NCBI RefSeq assembly: GCF_001194135.2
Contig: NC_068992.1
Coordinates: 55,103,121-55,167,120, forward strand
Direction: 5' to 3'
DNA length: 64,000 bases
Origin: Octopus bimaculoides
Lineage: Eukaryota
Below are positions 36,807 to 51,948 of the stretch, piece after piece; positions within the stretch are counted from its first letter, which is position 1, and every line of letters begins with the position of its first letter. The translations under genes and the position numbers were made by a program. The notes below the pieces were generated by a model. It worked only from the letters and a program-made list of their open reading frames with translations, made no database searches and was not told the DNA's origin.

Positions 36807-37280
36807 CTGTCTATCCTGTGAAGAAAACAACATTTATAAAGTGCAGTTAAAAATCAAAATTTTAAATTTTCTCCTTCCAGTATATATTGAATAAATTTTT
36901 TCTCTGTTGACCTTTGACTTTTATATGTAATTTTGCATTCCCTCTCCTTTTATTTATTTAGCAGGAATAACAGAAATGAAGCATTAATATATTACGATTT
37001 TTGTTTGTCTTGTAACAATGCCAAATGTGTCTTGTTATCGGGGATGATGGAGTGGTGATGGTGTTTGTGATGCTGGTGGTGGTGGTGGAGAGATGAATGA
37101 GAGGACTTAGGTATCTTTACTGCTGTTTAGTTTATCGACCCGGTGACTGATTAATTGCCAAATGTATTTAGAGGAGATTCAACTTTAGGTTTTATGAATG
37201 GTAAAACTAGGCAGAATATTAATTTTCTAGGGAAGCAACATAGTGTTAAGTAAATTGATGCCATTATATAGTCACGCTAT

Positions 37281-38180
37281 AAAGGCGGCGAGCTGGCAGA
37301 ATCATTAGCGCACTGGATGAGATGTTTAGCGGCATTTCGTCTGCCACTACGTTCTGAGTTCAAATTCCGCCGGGGTCGACTTTGCCTTTCATCCTCTTAG
37401 AGTCGATTAAATAAGTACCAGTTACGCACTGGGGTCAATGCAATCGACTTAATCCCTTTATCCAAATTTGAGGCCTTGTGCTTCCAGTAGAAAGGATTAT
37501 ATAGTCATTAACACGGCATGTTGGCTGAATCGTTACTGTGTTGATCAAAATGTTTGGTAACATTTCATCCGCCTTTACGTTCTGGGTTCTCTTTCCACCT
37601 AGGTCGACTTTCAATTTCATCATTTTCAGGCCGATAAAAAAAAAGTAGCAGTAAAGTACTAGGATCAATGTAATCGAGTAACCAATCCCACAAAAATCTC
37701 AGACCTTGTGCCTATAAGAGAGAGGAATATATATTCACATTCGGGTAGTGAGCTGGTTGAATAACTAGTGCATCTATCAAAATGCTTAGCGCCATTTCTT
37801 CCGGATTTACGTTCTAAATTCAAATGACGCCGAAGTCGACTTCGCTTTTCCTCATTTCAATGTCGATAAAGTACCAGTTGACCACTGGGATTTATTTAGT
37901 AAACTCTCTCCTACTTCTCAAAACAATTCAAGCCTTGTACGTACTGTAGAAAGAGTTATTCCGTCACATTGGTAGGCAGCTAGCTGAATCGTCGGCGCGT
38001 CGATCAAGTGCTTTGCAATATTTTGCCAATATTTAGGTTCTCATTTCAAATCTCGTCGAGGTTAACTGTACCTTACATTCCTCCAGGTTCTACAAACTAT
38101 AATAGCAATCTAGTGTTGTGTTGTGCAATCGAATAACTTCCTCTCCTCAATTTTTTGGTCTTGTACACAGCACTATAATC
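37281..38180 (+). mobile_element. Array of four head-to-tail SINE family B copies (~230-nt period)
   Basis: Heads at about 37281, 37512, 37742 and 37970, each followed by the ttacgttct/ggttc B-box, the gtcgac body and a ccttgtg...agaaa tail. Confidence 0.85.
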
Positions 38181-39139
38181 AAACTGCTGCAAAGTTGAGC
38201 TGAGAGTAAAACCACATAGCAGCACGGCAACAGCCATGTCAGTTCGTAAAAAAAATTTACGTACCTTGTAGCATTTAGATTACTCAGTCAAGTGTATTGC
38301 TTATTTTCCACATTGTCTGCAATTAATCATGCATTATTTTCTAGGTCTGAGATTTAGATGAAGTGATTGTTTATTTCGAGAATGACTGTGTAGGGCAGGT
38401 GGGAGAAGGCCGGATCTGTCAACTCTTAACATAAAATAGGTAGAATATTTGAACTGAATTTGGATGGTATAAATGCTAAAGGTTAAAATAAATAGCATGT
38501 AGTAGAATATTTGAAACACCGTACAATACTCTGAGTTTTGAACAGGAAACAATACTCATGCTTTGGCCTTCGATGCAATTGAAGAAGAATTTAAGGAACC
38601 GATTAACACAGGTCAGTCAAACAGACAACTTTGGAAGAACAAACAATAACAAAAGATTTTTATCCAATCAATGTTCTAATCATTATTTGAAATTTGATCT
38701 GTCAATATTACGTTAACTACACGCCGACTAGTTTACTACTTACCAGGCATATTTGGTGAGTTTTTTCGCCTAAGTACCAATTGCAGTAGATTGGGAAAAA
38801 TCGACAGACAAGTGATTATATGAACTTCTTCTTAAAAGTTCTGGTATTATTATTAAGCCAATTCCAAATACAAGATACACGTTCATCTTGGTCTCTGGTG
38901 ACCTCTAAAGTTTCAGGCTCGTGTAAGAATTATGATGTTTATTTTCCCGTTTGCTGAGCAGAAATATTTCAGTTATAACTAATTGTTACTCGGAGGAATA
39001 TAACTGTTGAAACGTATTAATCTGTCTATCCTCATACCAGCGTAAAATAAATTTCTGTCCGACTATCTCTCTCTATTTCTCTCTCTCTCTCTCTGTTTCT
39101 TTCTCTCTCTGTGTTTCTTTCTCTCTCTCTTCCTGAAAA

Positions 39140-39182
<43 letters not shown>

Positions 39183-39616
39183 NNNNNNNNNNNNNNNNNN
39201 NNNNNNNNNNNNNNNNNNNNNNNNNNNNNNNNNNNNNNNNNNNNNNNNNNNNNNNNNNNNNNNNNNNNNNNNNNNNNNNNNNNNNNNNNNNNNNNNNNNN
39301 NNNNNNNNNNNNNNNNNNNNNNNNNNNNNNNNNNNNNNNNNNNNNNNNNNNNNNNNNNNNNNNNNNNNNNNNNNNNNNNNNNNNNNNNNNNNNNNNNNNN
39401 NNNNNNNNNNNNNNNNNNNNNNNNNNNNNNNNNNNNNNNNNNNNNNNNNNNNNNNNNNNNNNNNNNNNNNNNNNNNNNNNNNNNNNNNNNNNNNNNNNNN
39501 NNNNNNNNNNNNNNNNNNNNNNNNNNNNNNNNNNNNNNNNNNNNNNNNNNNNNNNNNNNNNNNNNNNNNNNNNNNNNNNNNNNNNNNNNNNNNNNNNNNN
39601 NNNNNNNNNNNNNNNN

Positions 39617-39677
<61 letters not shown>

Positions 39678-40342
39678 CGTGTGTGTGTATGTGTGTGCGT
39701 GTGTGTCATGATGATCCAATCTGGTCCTGAGGCAAGTTGCAAAGTCTGCTACACTGTACAATGCAATTTATAGAAAGGATTTTCCTGAAAATTTCTATTT
39801 AATAAGTTACAGTTATGTTGGTTGGGCATATTCACTCGTTATATGAAACGATTCGATCATATTGCACCTCTCACACACTCTTTAAAAATGTAAGTACGAT
39901 AGACCAATATTAACAATATGGGACAGCGAAACGAAATAGTATAGAGTAGCTGAAATCAAATGCCCACAATTTGCAACAAATTGTTATAGATAATAGAAAA
40001 GGAAAATGAAAAAACACCTATGGTAAATTGACGAGAAATCTATTAATACGATCAGTTAGCAAAGAAATGCACCCAGTTATTTTGGTCGATTTTGCCTTAT
40101 ATTCAACAGCTTGTGCACCAATCGTGTGATACTGAGTTTTGCAAAGCCAAAAAGAGAACATGAGCAATCGGAATGTTATGATTATAATTAATGCATGTAA
40201 CTGAAAATATCCTAAATTTTCCAGCTTTCTCTTTTTGCAGGAGACTGTAAAGAAATACACATATTAGTGCGTCCACAAAGATAAGCCATGGCACGCAATC
40301 ACTTAACTACAAGACGATATAAATGCACACATACGTGTGAAG

Positions 40343-40389
<47 letters not shown>

Positions 40390-40399
40390 NNNNNNNNNN

Positions 40400-40445
<46 letters not shown>

Positions 40446-41637
40446 CATATATACACTCATACATGCACGCATGACGTTCATTAGTTGATGTTTTCTATAT
40501 TGTAAGATGGAGTATTCCTGTTTCTCTATTGGCGAGAAATTTAAATTATAAAATGAAAGAAACATACATGTATACACAATTTAATGCAATACTATATTAT
40601 TTTAAAATGTGATTATATATTTTGCAATTTACATTTTTCGAAATTTAGGATTTCATCCTCTCAATAAATAGTCGCAATTGGAATAACGGAAAAAGATAAT
40701 CAGTATGAACGGAACCTCCATAATCGCACTAAACTATAGAAAAACAAAAATAGATCATTTATACCTGTGCAATTTGAAACATTTCAAAGGAGAATGTTCA
40801 TCAAGCAGATATAACGGTTATAATTAAATCTATATTTTGAAAATCAAATAATCGTATTTAACGAATATTTTTGTCTCAATTTTAACTCATAAATTTCTCT
40901 AAACTGATTTTAAATTCTATTCAAAGCTTGCTCATAAATTTAAAAACAAAATATAATTTGATCACAAATAATTTGGTCACGAATAAACAGATTCACAGAA
41001 AAATACTCTCAAATGCATTTGCAACTATGGATAAACTATCAAATGAAATGTAATCAACATTGTGAGAAAACAAAACACCTGATATGGCATCACAAAATAT
41101 TGACGAGAGTGAATTGTTCCCCTTTATTTTTCAAACTGTTATGTAAAATGTTATATGTTTGATAAAAAATGAGATTATATAGTTCATTGATTTTATTCAA
41201 AAGTATCATTTTCACATAGGATAAAAGAATATGTAATTCAATTATCAATAGATTTTATTTCAATTTTCACAAATGCAACTATCAGTGCTTTGAAAGCTAT
41301 GCAGAACACTCTCGATTGTTCAGCTTATACTGATCTCGGCTAAAAGTATTTTGCTGCACGTTTCTAAATTCTTTGAAATAAACGTATGCATGATTCTCTA
41401 CTTCTGTTTGAAATGAAGACATGATGAACGCCTGGTTTATAAAATAATTTCTAATATCGCTGTTAAGGACAACAAGTTTAAATATGCAAGAGGACGGAGG
41501 TACATTCACTTGCACAGTATATTTATATTTTGCTGCCAAGTTTAGTACTATCAGCAGGTTTTCGGTTTTATTCTCAACTTTCACACGCGCGCGTACACAC
41601 ACACACACACATACATACACACACACACACACACACG

Positions 41638-41682
<45 letters not shown>

Positions 41683-43785
41683 ACACTTACACACACACAC
41701 CCACACACGTGTATATGAAAAGAAAGAAAATTAGAATTGCACATCTTTAACTGATAATTTATATAAGATTTTCGGATATACTAGTGTTTTGCAATGCAAC
41801 GATTTTCCATATTGAATCGATTATATGAAGTAAATGCTTGCGTATCTTTCTCAAGGCACAACTACACCGTGAAAGATTATAGAAGTGCGACTTATGAGAA
41901 AGTGATAATCAGTAATGATACCTAACCAAATGCTATACTCGGCGAGGAATAGAAGAATACCGAGGAAGGATCTGATGCAAATGTCTTGGTGTTATGATGT
42001 AGATGGTAAGATCTTGTGTATTTAAACTCGAGCTGACCTCAAAGCAAATCTAGAAAAAAAAAAGTCATAAATTTTAACTTATTGACCGATGAAGCTAGAG
42101 AGTGGGAGAAATATGAAAGGGGATCATAGGATATTTAATAAAGGTTTTAAGAGGATTATACTAACTTTATTCAGTATATACTAGATATTACTATTAGAGG
42201 TAATATATTTCGAATTGAATTTAAATGAAGAAGAGAGTGAAACATAATCTAAATCAAAATGAGATTAACAAATACCTTTGCAAAATAAAATCGAACTCAA
42301 AAGGAAGATTTCAGGTGGAAGAAAAGTAATAAAATATGAACAAGCCAGAAGGTGCTATTGAGTTAGTCATGGCCTGGGCCGATAATGACCGAAACCAGAT
42401 CTTCACCTCTTACATCACACCTTTCTTCCTACTTTAACGCCGATGTGGTATAATTTCCTGGGAGAGAAATAATTTTGCGGCTGAGGATAGCTTTATATTG
42501 TAAATTATACACATATAAAGCTTGAAACACGTGTACCGCGGAATCCTTTGTAGTTTTGTTGTTATTTTTTGGATTTACAATTTATATATATNNNNNNNNN
42601 NNNNNNNNNNNNNNNNNNNNNNNNNNNNNNNNNNNNNNNNNNNNNNNNNNNNNNNNNNNNNNNNNNNNNNNNNNNNNNNNNNNNNNNNNNNNNNNNNNNN
42701 NNNNNNNNNNNNNNNNNNNNNNNNNNNNNNNNNNNNNNNNNNNNNNNNNNNNNNNNNNNNNNNNATGATGAAGAAAACCAATAAATCATTGGGTTATGAT
42801 TAAAGTCCAAGAATGTTAGTCGTAATCCTAAGCACTAAGAGAATTAATAAAAAAAAAAGAAAATAATGAATTAAACAACTAATAGCGTTGTCAAGGGAAG
42901 CAGAATATACCCTTGATAGTTTTAATTATTTTAAAGAATATCAGTAAATATAAAGATTTGGATGAATACTAATGGAATAATTTAGAAAAGAAATTAAGAA
43001 AAAATATTAGAAAAAGAAAGTGAAATGAATAATAACCAAAATACCACTTCTTTAATACATTAGTCCCATCTAGTTAAGTAAATTTCAAAAATATATATGT
43101 GATGTATTAAGAACACGGCATAAAAAATGCATGCAGACATGTACTACTTCACTATAATAATGTTATTAGGGATGTATTTAAATGTTATTCTAAATATATG
43201 AGAACATTTTAGCGTTAATTCATTTCCACACTTGAATTAGACTTGGGATTAGCAGCTGATAAACACACAGTCTGTCACATAGGTTCTTGTGTTGTAAATT
43301 TCAAGAAAAGCGTACATAATCATCTCTCCTGTTTCAAGATTAGGAAAAAAGAAAACTTCTGTTTTCAAGTAAATATATATCACAGCTTGAAAGAGAGAAC
43401 TAGCAAATATGACATAAAACGGTCCGTTATAAGCAGTGCTTTACTATTTACAAGTGGTAAATCCCGACGTGACTTTTGCCTCGATGAGATATTCTACATC
43501 TTTATTTCCAAGTCTAATTGATTGAAGTGAGAGGGGCGGTGTGATTGATATATGTATATGAATAGATATATCTTTATACAGAGGTAAAAATACAAATATA
43601 TCAAAATGCGTTATATTAACACTATTATAAATTCTTACAAATCATTTTATCCTTTTTATGTAGACATACTTTCAACAAATACGATCGGTCCTGCTTCAGC
43701 ATTTTCTTTTTGACAAAATATCTATCAGAACGTTGACAATTTGCAGGCTCACTAGTAAAAATGAACTGTTACAAAACCATATCTG

Positions 43786-43850
<65 letters not shown>

Positions 43851-43925
43851 CTATTTATTTATCTATTTATCTATCTGTCTATCTATCTATCTATATATTT
43901 ATCTATCTATCTGTGTATCTATCTT

Positions 43926-43956
<31 letters not shown>

Positions 43957-45098
43957 CATACTCACATACTAGCTAATATTACTTCGATTATATTGTTTGT
44001 GCAAATTGCCAACTCGAATTATATATAAAATATAAAGGAATTTTCAAATCGATATCATCTTGTAATTTGATTATACTTTTTATGATACGAGTTTATTACT
44101 ACAACTTTAAAAAGTTCACTTTATACTACATTGTTTTCATATTGTTTAGGTCTGAAAATTCTTTTATAGCTCATTAATTCTATAGTACGTCTGCTCTTGG
44201 GGCTATGAAGAATATACTGTATATCAGCATATCCAGTCGCATCTGAAATTTGGTTTTATTCTGTCAATCACTAATGAGATGGTATTTAGGAGATTTTTAT
44301 GTAACATAAACTTTTAGAATTGATGTAATAGAACCTCATGTTCCTAATACATACGATGCACATTATGGTTTAAACAGAAAATCTCCCGTGGCAGAAAAGA
44401 AAATATTTTCAGAATTTCACGACCCTTCGAAATAATATATAAAATCTGTTAACAAAATCATCACATCAGACCCGAGTAATTGTTGACTTTCTGAAATATA
44501 TTGTAGTACAAATGAAGGAAGTTTTATGAAAATTCTTTTGGATATTGAAGTAAGATAATTGTCTCTAGAATGTACCTCTCAAAGATTTATTCTTTTATTC
44601 TTTTACTTGTTTCAGTCACTTGACTGCGGCAATGCTAGTCTGATTCAACAGTAGGGTCCTCTAAAAATGTAGAACAGACAAGTTATAAATGTATTTGTTA
44701 ATTGATTATAATTTAATTTTGATTTCAATTAGTGTCAAACTTATGTGTTGTTATGCACACAGTTCAGATAATGCATACAATTGGTGCTCAGGAGAAAAAC
44801 AAAAATCTATCCAGATTAGATGGATAAAAAAATTGGTTGGGGTTCCCGCTTGAAAATTCGGTCTTTGAAATGCTGATTATGCATGTAGGGGAAAAGGTTT
44901 CATTCCTAATATTTAAAATTTTCGTTTTTGATGTGATAATGTTTAATTTTTCAAAGATGCAGCACAGAATTTTGTCTGAACAGATCCCGGTCTCAAAGCG
45001 ACGAAAATATTTTCGCAAATTAAATTTGAATGTTGAAGTGAATCTAACGTTTTTTGTGTGTTTCATAAATGGCTTATAAACACCTTCCACGCTGCAAT

Positions 45099-45134
<36 letters not shown>

Positions 45135-45525
45135 CGAACATATCTTTCGGCCATATAATCGTATCGCACACTAGTCAATTGGCTATTAGAAACTAATAAT
45201 TACTTAACAGAAAGCCATGATTTCCCAGAGGTAGTGATTGTTGGGTTAAATCGAATGTTTTCTATATATTCATGCGGAAAATTATGAGCTTACAGAACAA
45301 CGTAATCAAGCCATGAATTTGATTGTTATTTCCTAGAAGCATATTAACTTCTAATATTTACTGTTTAGTTATTAGAGTTAAGATGCTTGATAGAATATCA
45401 AATTGTGATAAAGTTATTCAAAGCAAATCCTTACATTTCTCAACGCATTCAGGGTGGAATTAGGGACAACCAACCATTCGAAGGATTTTCGTGTATATGC
45501 GTGAGACTGCATGTATATATGTGCG

Positions 45526-45560
<35 letters not shown>

Positions 45561-45903
45561 AACTATCGATAGAATAGTACGCACGTGTACATTCGTATAC
45601 TCACTTAGATAGCCACTCGCGCATGCACATGAAATTTACATTTGTATAAATGTATTGAGATATATAGACAGACAGATAGGCACATAGACAGACAGACAGA
45701 CAGATAGACAGATAGATAGAGAAACAGATAAATATATAGATAGATTAATAGATAGACAAACTGTCAGATAGATAAATGTATAGAAAGACAGACAAATTGC
45801 TAGATAAATGGACAGACAAACTGACAGATACATATATAGATGTATATATAGATGGATAGACAGGCAGATAGGCAGACAGGCATACAGACAGATAGATAGA
45901 TAG

Positions 45904-45983
<80 letters not shown>

Positions 45984-46821
45984 TATAGTTACGTATATGG
46001 ATGGACGAGTATCTATATTTTGTGCGCATTTACGCGTGTCTGTATGTCAAAACGTTAGTCAGTAAGACAGTTTCATGCATTTCACATTTTTTACAGACAT
46101 AGACAGACACAGTGCTATACATGCAGACATATATCTACACAAATATAATCAGACGTGTATCAGTGCGTGAGTCCGAGTAAATTTGTATACCTGTATCTGT
46201 GTGCCTGTTCGTATGCTTGCATGTGTGCGTGATTTGGTATCTTATTTTAGAATGCTATGTGAATAAGATAATTATTAATTTGAATATTTTACAAGTCTCG
46301 TAACCAAAAGAGGAGAAACTGACTTATAACAGATGGCCAAATTTCTCTCCCCAAACCACTGATAAAAATATAGAAGTAAAACAAGAAATATATAAAGTAA
46401 TTTGCATTGCGTCAATTTACATGATGGGAACTTATATCAAGTAGAAATATTTAGCTCTTCTTTAGTTTTACACGTCTCAGCGATAATATTAGCCTCTAAC
46501 CATTTAACATTACAAAATTATTTACTTTTGTTTAACAAAATATAATTCTTTAGAAAATAGAGATATTTGCTTTTATATCTTTCATAAAAAACTCACATAA
46601 AAACAAAACAAAAATAGCTATTTGATTAAAGAACAATGAAAGTAAAACAATTAAAAAAAAAATTATTGGTCCCTTGTAACTTATACTTATTCTCGGTTGC
46701 ATTTGGAGTATTGATTTCAAATGTGTCACCAGTTTTGTGCTGTTAGCTGTGGTTTTAGATATAGAATGTTACAATTTATGTGGTTATGTCTTCACTTTTT
46801 TGTTACAATTAGTGAGACACC

Positions 46822-47030
46822 AAAGGCAGCGAGCTAGGTGAATCGTTAGTACACCAGACGAAATGATTCGCAGTATAAATACCGGATTTACGGGCTAAGT
46901 TCAAATTTCGGTGAGGTTGACCTTACCTTGCTTTCGTAAAATAGTGTCAGGCAAGCACCAGAATCGATAAAATCGACTAGGCATCTTCCCTTATAATTTC
47001 AGACTCTGCGCCCATAGTTGAATGGAATAC
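46822..47030 (+). mobile_element. Degenerate SINE family B
   Basis: aaggcagcgagctaggtgaatcgttagtacaccagacgaaatg...gctaagttcaaatttcggtgaggttgacc. Confidence 0.75.
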
Positions 47031-47240
47031 ATGGGGCACCACTGGCAATGCATCTCAACTTCAGTGATGTCTCATTTGATAATTATAGTCGTCAATAGTA
47101 AATTACATGATATCAAATTTTATTCAAGATCTTATATCTGTAGGTAAGTCACGAATTTATGGCTAACGCAGCCTCTATGTAATGGATTCCATTTAATCTT
47201 TGTAGTGTTTTGCATATTCAACAGACGCTTCTGATATCTG

Positions 47241-47287
<47 letters not shown>

Positions 47288-47559
47288 TGAAGCATTAATT
47301 TCTTCGCTAAATTCATATCAGTTAAACCGAAACTAAACAAAGGAAAATATTTATGATGTATTGAAGAGGGTCTAAACCTCTCGAAAGTATTTCATTAATT
47401 ACGTCTCCGGGTTGAATGAACAGAATTTACTAGATTCTAGAAACAAGATTACATTTCACGTTACAGAAAGTATAAAAAACAGTTTTCTGCCTTTCTTCTC
47501 TAACGATAAGTATCTATTCTGAAATGATACCAAAAATATTCTGAACAAGATGTATGCAT

Positions 47560-48290
47560 CGGAATACTGCATTATGAGTGCTTTAGGAAAGGAAAAACAT
47601 TTGAGAAGTCAACCTCGACAGCAAATCAAGAAGTTGAATCTCTCAGGCGGTTCAGTATTCTCTTTTACTGATATCTCTCTGGCACCGCCAGGTTTAGTGG
47701 GGGACATATAACCCTGTAAGGCCATTCACGTATGCAATGGCTACTTCAATGTAAAACCTACAGCTTGATGATCACAGCCGCCATCTTTGACCGCTGAGCC
47801 ACTGTCGTCAGATTTTCAAATCTAAAGAGACGGTTTGGATTCCGCGGATTGTCTCTCATTTAAAACTAGTAAGCACAGACGGAAAGGAAATCCCTGTCAT
47901 GTCAAGAATCGGTTCGATTTAAATAGATACTTGAGGGCATGATTCCCTCTCTCATGATATTCAGGCGCTAAGAAACTGTCATGATAAAAGTCAACATCGA
48001 GTTTAGTGATTAGTCTTCGTTTCTTCTTGCTGTAAATAAAACTCGCTGACAACCATGAAACCGATAATCTGAGTTCGTTAAATTTTAGTTTCCTAGAAAA
48101 CATCTCACCAATTTTGCTAAGGCAATGTACAATAGATCTGTAGTTACAGAGACAAGTTTCCAGAAACGCTGATTGATTTATTCGAAATACAAGGAGAAAG
48201 AATTCATGAGGATATAAAGACACCGGAAGAGAATTACCAGGAAAGACAAGATCGGCATCTGATCGTAGCTTATAAATATTATAATAATTA
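47560..48290 (+). mobile_element. Decayed DNA transposon transposase, probably Chapaev3 (CMC superfamily)
   Basis: The C-terminal frame DKFPETLIDLFEIQGERIHEDIKTPEENYQERQDRHLIVAYKY matches the pattern DxFPENLGxxSxEQGERFHQDIxxMExRYQGRW, and upstream remnants HLKLV, FK*ILEGMIPSL and NFSFLEN are present. The superfamily label is from memory. Confidence 0.55.
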
Positions 48291-48924
48291 TCACAGGAAC
48301 ATTCAGCTGAACTATTCTGATAATTGTCACTTTAGAACCTGTTATAAAACAAACATCGTTTGCACTGACTTGACAGATCATTATATGCCATACTTTTACT
48401 TCAGAGTTACAAATAGTAACTCTAATACAGCTCATTCGCATACATAGTGCTGAAATATAGTGGTTTAGTAAGAAGTGGTGATTTCAGTAACGGCTAATAT
48501 ATTTTAGAATATGTGCAACCGAAGCTAGTACAGTTACTGGTAATATATAAAAAAAAAACATCCGCATTGTTGATATTCTTTTTCATATACGTAGAGATTG
48601 TTAGTCAGAATCAAACAGAATTGTTATGATAGATTGGTGATATGTTTGTTATTAGGAATCATCATACGAAATATGCCAAAGTAGATGTTTACATTCTAAG
48701 CTACGGATATATCTGTAGGTTATGTTAAAAAGTAAATAGATTGGTACCTATAAATCTATAGTGATATACATATATACATACGTATGAGAGTGTGTGTGTG
48801 TGTGTGTGTGTGTATGTATATATGTATGTATATAACTATGTATGTATATCTGCATGTATGAGTGTGTGTATCTACATATATACCTATGTTTGTGTATGTG
48901 CCTCCCTGATCGTCGAGTTTTGCT

Positions 48925-49350
48925 ATGACTGAATCGGAGAAACAGCGTGCTTCAGTGAAATTCTGTTTTCTGCTGGAGAAAACGGCGGCCGAAACGGTTG
49001 TCATGCTTGGAAAAGGTCACAAGGATGCTGCTATGAACAAAACACGACTTTATGAGTTGTTTCCACGCTTTAGGAATGGTCACTTATCGCTTGAAAACCC
49101 ACCTCGTTCAAAACGATTGTCGACCACCCGAACGAATGAAAACATCATGAAAATTCATGAAATGATATCGAACCATCACCGAATATATGACGAATTTTTT
49201 TTTTATATGACCCGGTGTGCCCTGAGTGAGAAATTCCGAATGAAAAGAGTTTCAGCAAATTTGTACCTCCTTTGCTCACGGAATAATAAAAGCAGTTACG
49301 ACTAAATGCGTGTCATGAACTCAAAGAACAGTTGAAAGTTGATCAGGACA
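48925..49350 (+). mobile_element. Mariner transposase N-terminal (HTH) fragment
   Basis: MTESEKQRASVKFCFLLEKTAAETVVML...RLYELFPRFRNGHLSLENPPRSKRLSTTRTNENI (cf. EQRxxxKFC...WFxRFKxG...DxPRSGRPST). Confidence 0.9.
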
Positions 49351-51095
49351 TTACTTGTAAATTGTAGAACATAACTGTCACCACTACTGCACAAAGTTGG
49401 ATATTGTATAGTTTAATACACGAAAGTACTAGTTTAGCCAGAAACGACGTTTAATATTCTATCATTTCGTACATTATATTATATTATATTATATTATATT
49501 ATATTATTATAAGATTGTAAATAAAACGTGAAAATGATACAAATTTCGAATTTCTTGGAGTAATACATTCTTCTTTGCACAATCACACACACCTGTATAT
49601 ATATATATATATNNNNNNNNNNNNNNNNNNNNNNNNNNNNNNNNNNNNNNNNNNNNNNNNNNNNNNNNNNNNNNNNNNNNNNNNNNNNNNNNNNNNNNNN
49701 NNNNNNNNNNNNNNNNNNNNNNNNNNNNNNNNNNNNNNNNNNNNNNNNNNNNNNNNNNNNNNNNNNNNNNNNNNNNNNNNNNNNNNNNNNNNNNNNNNNN
49801 NNNNNNNNNNNNNNNNNNNNNNNNNNNNNNNNNNNNNNNNNNNNNNNNNNNNNNNNNNNNNNNNNNNNNNNNNNNNNNNNNNNNNNNNNNNNNNNNNNNN
49901 NNNNNNNNNNNNNNNNNNNNNNNNNNNNNNNNNNNNNNNNNNNNNNNNNNNNNNNNNNNNNNNNNNNNNNNNNNNNNNNNNNNNNNNNNNNNNNNNNNNN
50001 NNNNNNNNNNNNNNNNNNNNNNNNNNNNNNNNNNNNNNNNNNNNNNNNNNNNNNNNNNNNNNNNNNNNNNNNNNNNNNNNNNNNNNNNNNNNNNNNNNNN
50101 NNNNNNNNNNNNNNNNNNNNNNNNNNNNNNNNNNNNNNNNNNNNNNNNNNNNNNNNNNNNNNNNNNNNNNNNNNNNNNNNNNNNNNNNNNNNNNNNNNNN
50201 NNNNNNNNNNNNNNNNNNNNNNNNNNNNNNNNNNNNNNNNNNNNNNNNNNNNNNNNNNNNNNNNNNNNNNNNNNNNNNNNNNNNNNNNNNNNNNNNNNNN
50301 NNNNNNNNNNNNNNNNNNNNNNNNNNNNNNNNNNNNNNNNNNNNNNNNNNNNNNNNNNNNNNNNNNNNNNNNNNNNNNNNNNNNNNNNNNNNNNNNNNNN
50401 NNNNNNNNACCACCACCTTCACCACCACCTTCACCACCACCACTGCCAACCCTTTCTCCGCCCTCTCACAACAAGGAGGAGAACATTGTTCAGCTTATTC
50501 TTAGATAAAATCTTTCTCAGATGCATATTGTTGCAGGATGATTATGATCTGAATGTATGCATGCTCTGGTATCATAGGAATCAGTTTTGTTCCTGAGCGC
50601 CAACTCGGCCCTGCCCTGAGTAAGCTCAGGAGAGACTAGACAAGCAGTAGAACCCGCAAATAAATCGGCAGAATACAACGACAATCTACTTCTGTATAGT
50701 TCCCATAAAAAAACCAACCTTCAGACTTTGGCATGATTGTCCATGATTGCTGATGCGTGTAGATGTGTCGTATGAAGAGAAATCTTCCATGACATTTATA
50801 CATATGTTTATATTATTGAAAATTGAAAACAGAATACGGGATACGGGATCCGTGGTTTTAGAGCTAGCTTTTTAACCACACAGCTACGCCTGTGCCTATG
50901 TCTATACGAATGCTTATATATCCACATACGTATATGTGCACATGTATGTGTCAGTGCTCCTTTGATTTGTTACATAACCTTTGGAACGCGCTCTTGGCTT
51001 GTACTGTCTCTATAGTTGTCGAGAATTAAGAGCCCATATAACAAATACCTGACTTAAAATAATTTCTGTCATCGTTCTTGTCATCGTTCTTGTTG

Positions 51096-51131
<36 letters not shown>

Positions 51132-51869
51132 AGAACAGTGTTAACCGAAATTCCAATATAACTTCGTAAGAGTAACAACATATTTTTATTGCAATGCGCT
51201 CCCCCAACGTAACAGTTTTAGTACAAAGTAAAGATGTGATGTTGACAGATATTGACTCAAACGTAGGCAACCGGTTGACACTGACTGCTTAATCAACTTC
51301 CATAGACATTCCTATAATGGCACTGATTATCCATTTGGAAATAGAATTGATATTTTCTGCTTCTGCAATAGTTTTTCAGCATCTCCTGCAGTTACTGTTT
51401 TCATATCCACCATTAAATGCATTTCATACTTGTTCCGTAATGAGATATTTGATGGAATATGGGAAGAAATTAAGATAATCTGAAAAATTGTCTTCTGTAA
51501 AAGAATGTCATTGAGGGAGCGCATAAGGAAAGATTTTGTCAAAGCTGTACGGTAAAAACCATTTTCGGCAGTTAACAGTAAAAACATTTCTGCATTGAAA
51601 GAGTTACAGAACTTCGCTTCATAATCATAAACTATCATGTTTGTTTACACCACGAAGTATTTCTGTCAAGTGTATTCGGTTTCTGTTAATATATAGCGTT
51701 AGATTGACATAGACATAGACGTTGGCATCGTCTTGTGGAAACAGTATAGTGTGAAATCTAGACAGATACCTGGTGTATACCGATAATTGACAGCGTTGCG
51801 TTGATTCTGTTTCTGAGAATTATATTTAAGTATGTCTGTCTATGACGTAATCAACCCTCAACCACTTAC

Positions 51870-51948
51870 TATGTTCATTTACGTAGATAGATGAGGTTCT
51901 TGCAATATAAGCGTCGAATAGGACGGAGAGGCCATCGACATTGTCGCC
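51870..51948 (-). CDS. Candidate exon preceded by a U12-type branch site
   Basis: The minus strand reads TTCCTTAAC-tcccacaccaac|GGC GAC AAT...; open frame GDNVDGLSVLFDAYIARTSSIYVNEH; donor ATA|gtaagt. There is no AG on the minus strand from 52083 down to 51901. Confidence 0.3.

Noticed and set aside
38261-38320. AG...GT-bounded 52-nt segment on the minus strand, and a strong donor at ~38743
   Set aside because: The 52-nt segment has stops in all three frames. The 38743 donor has no unambiguous exon.
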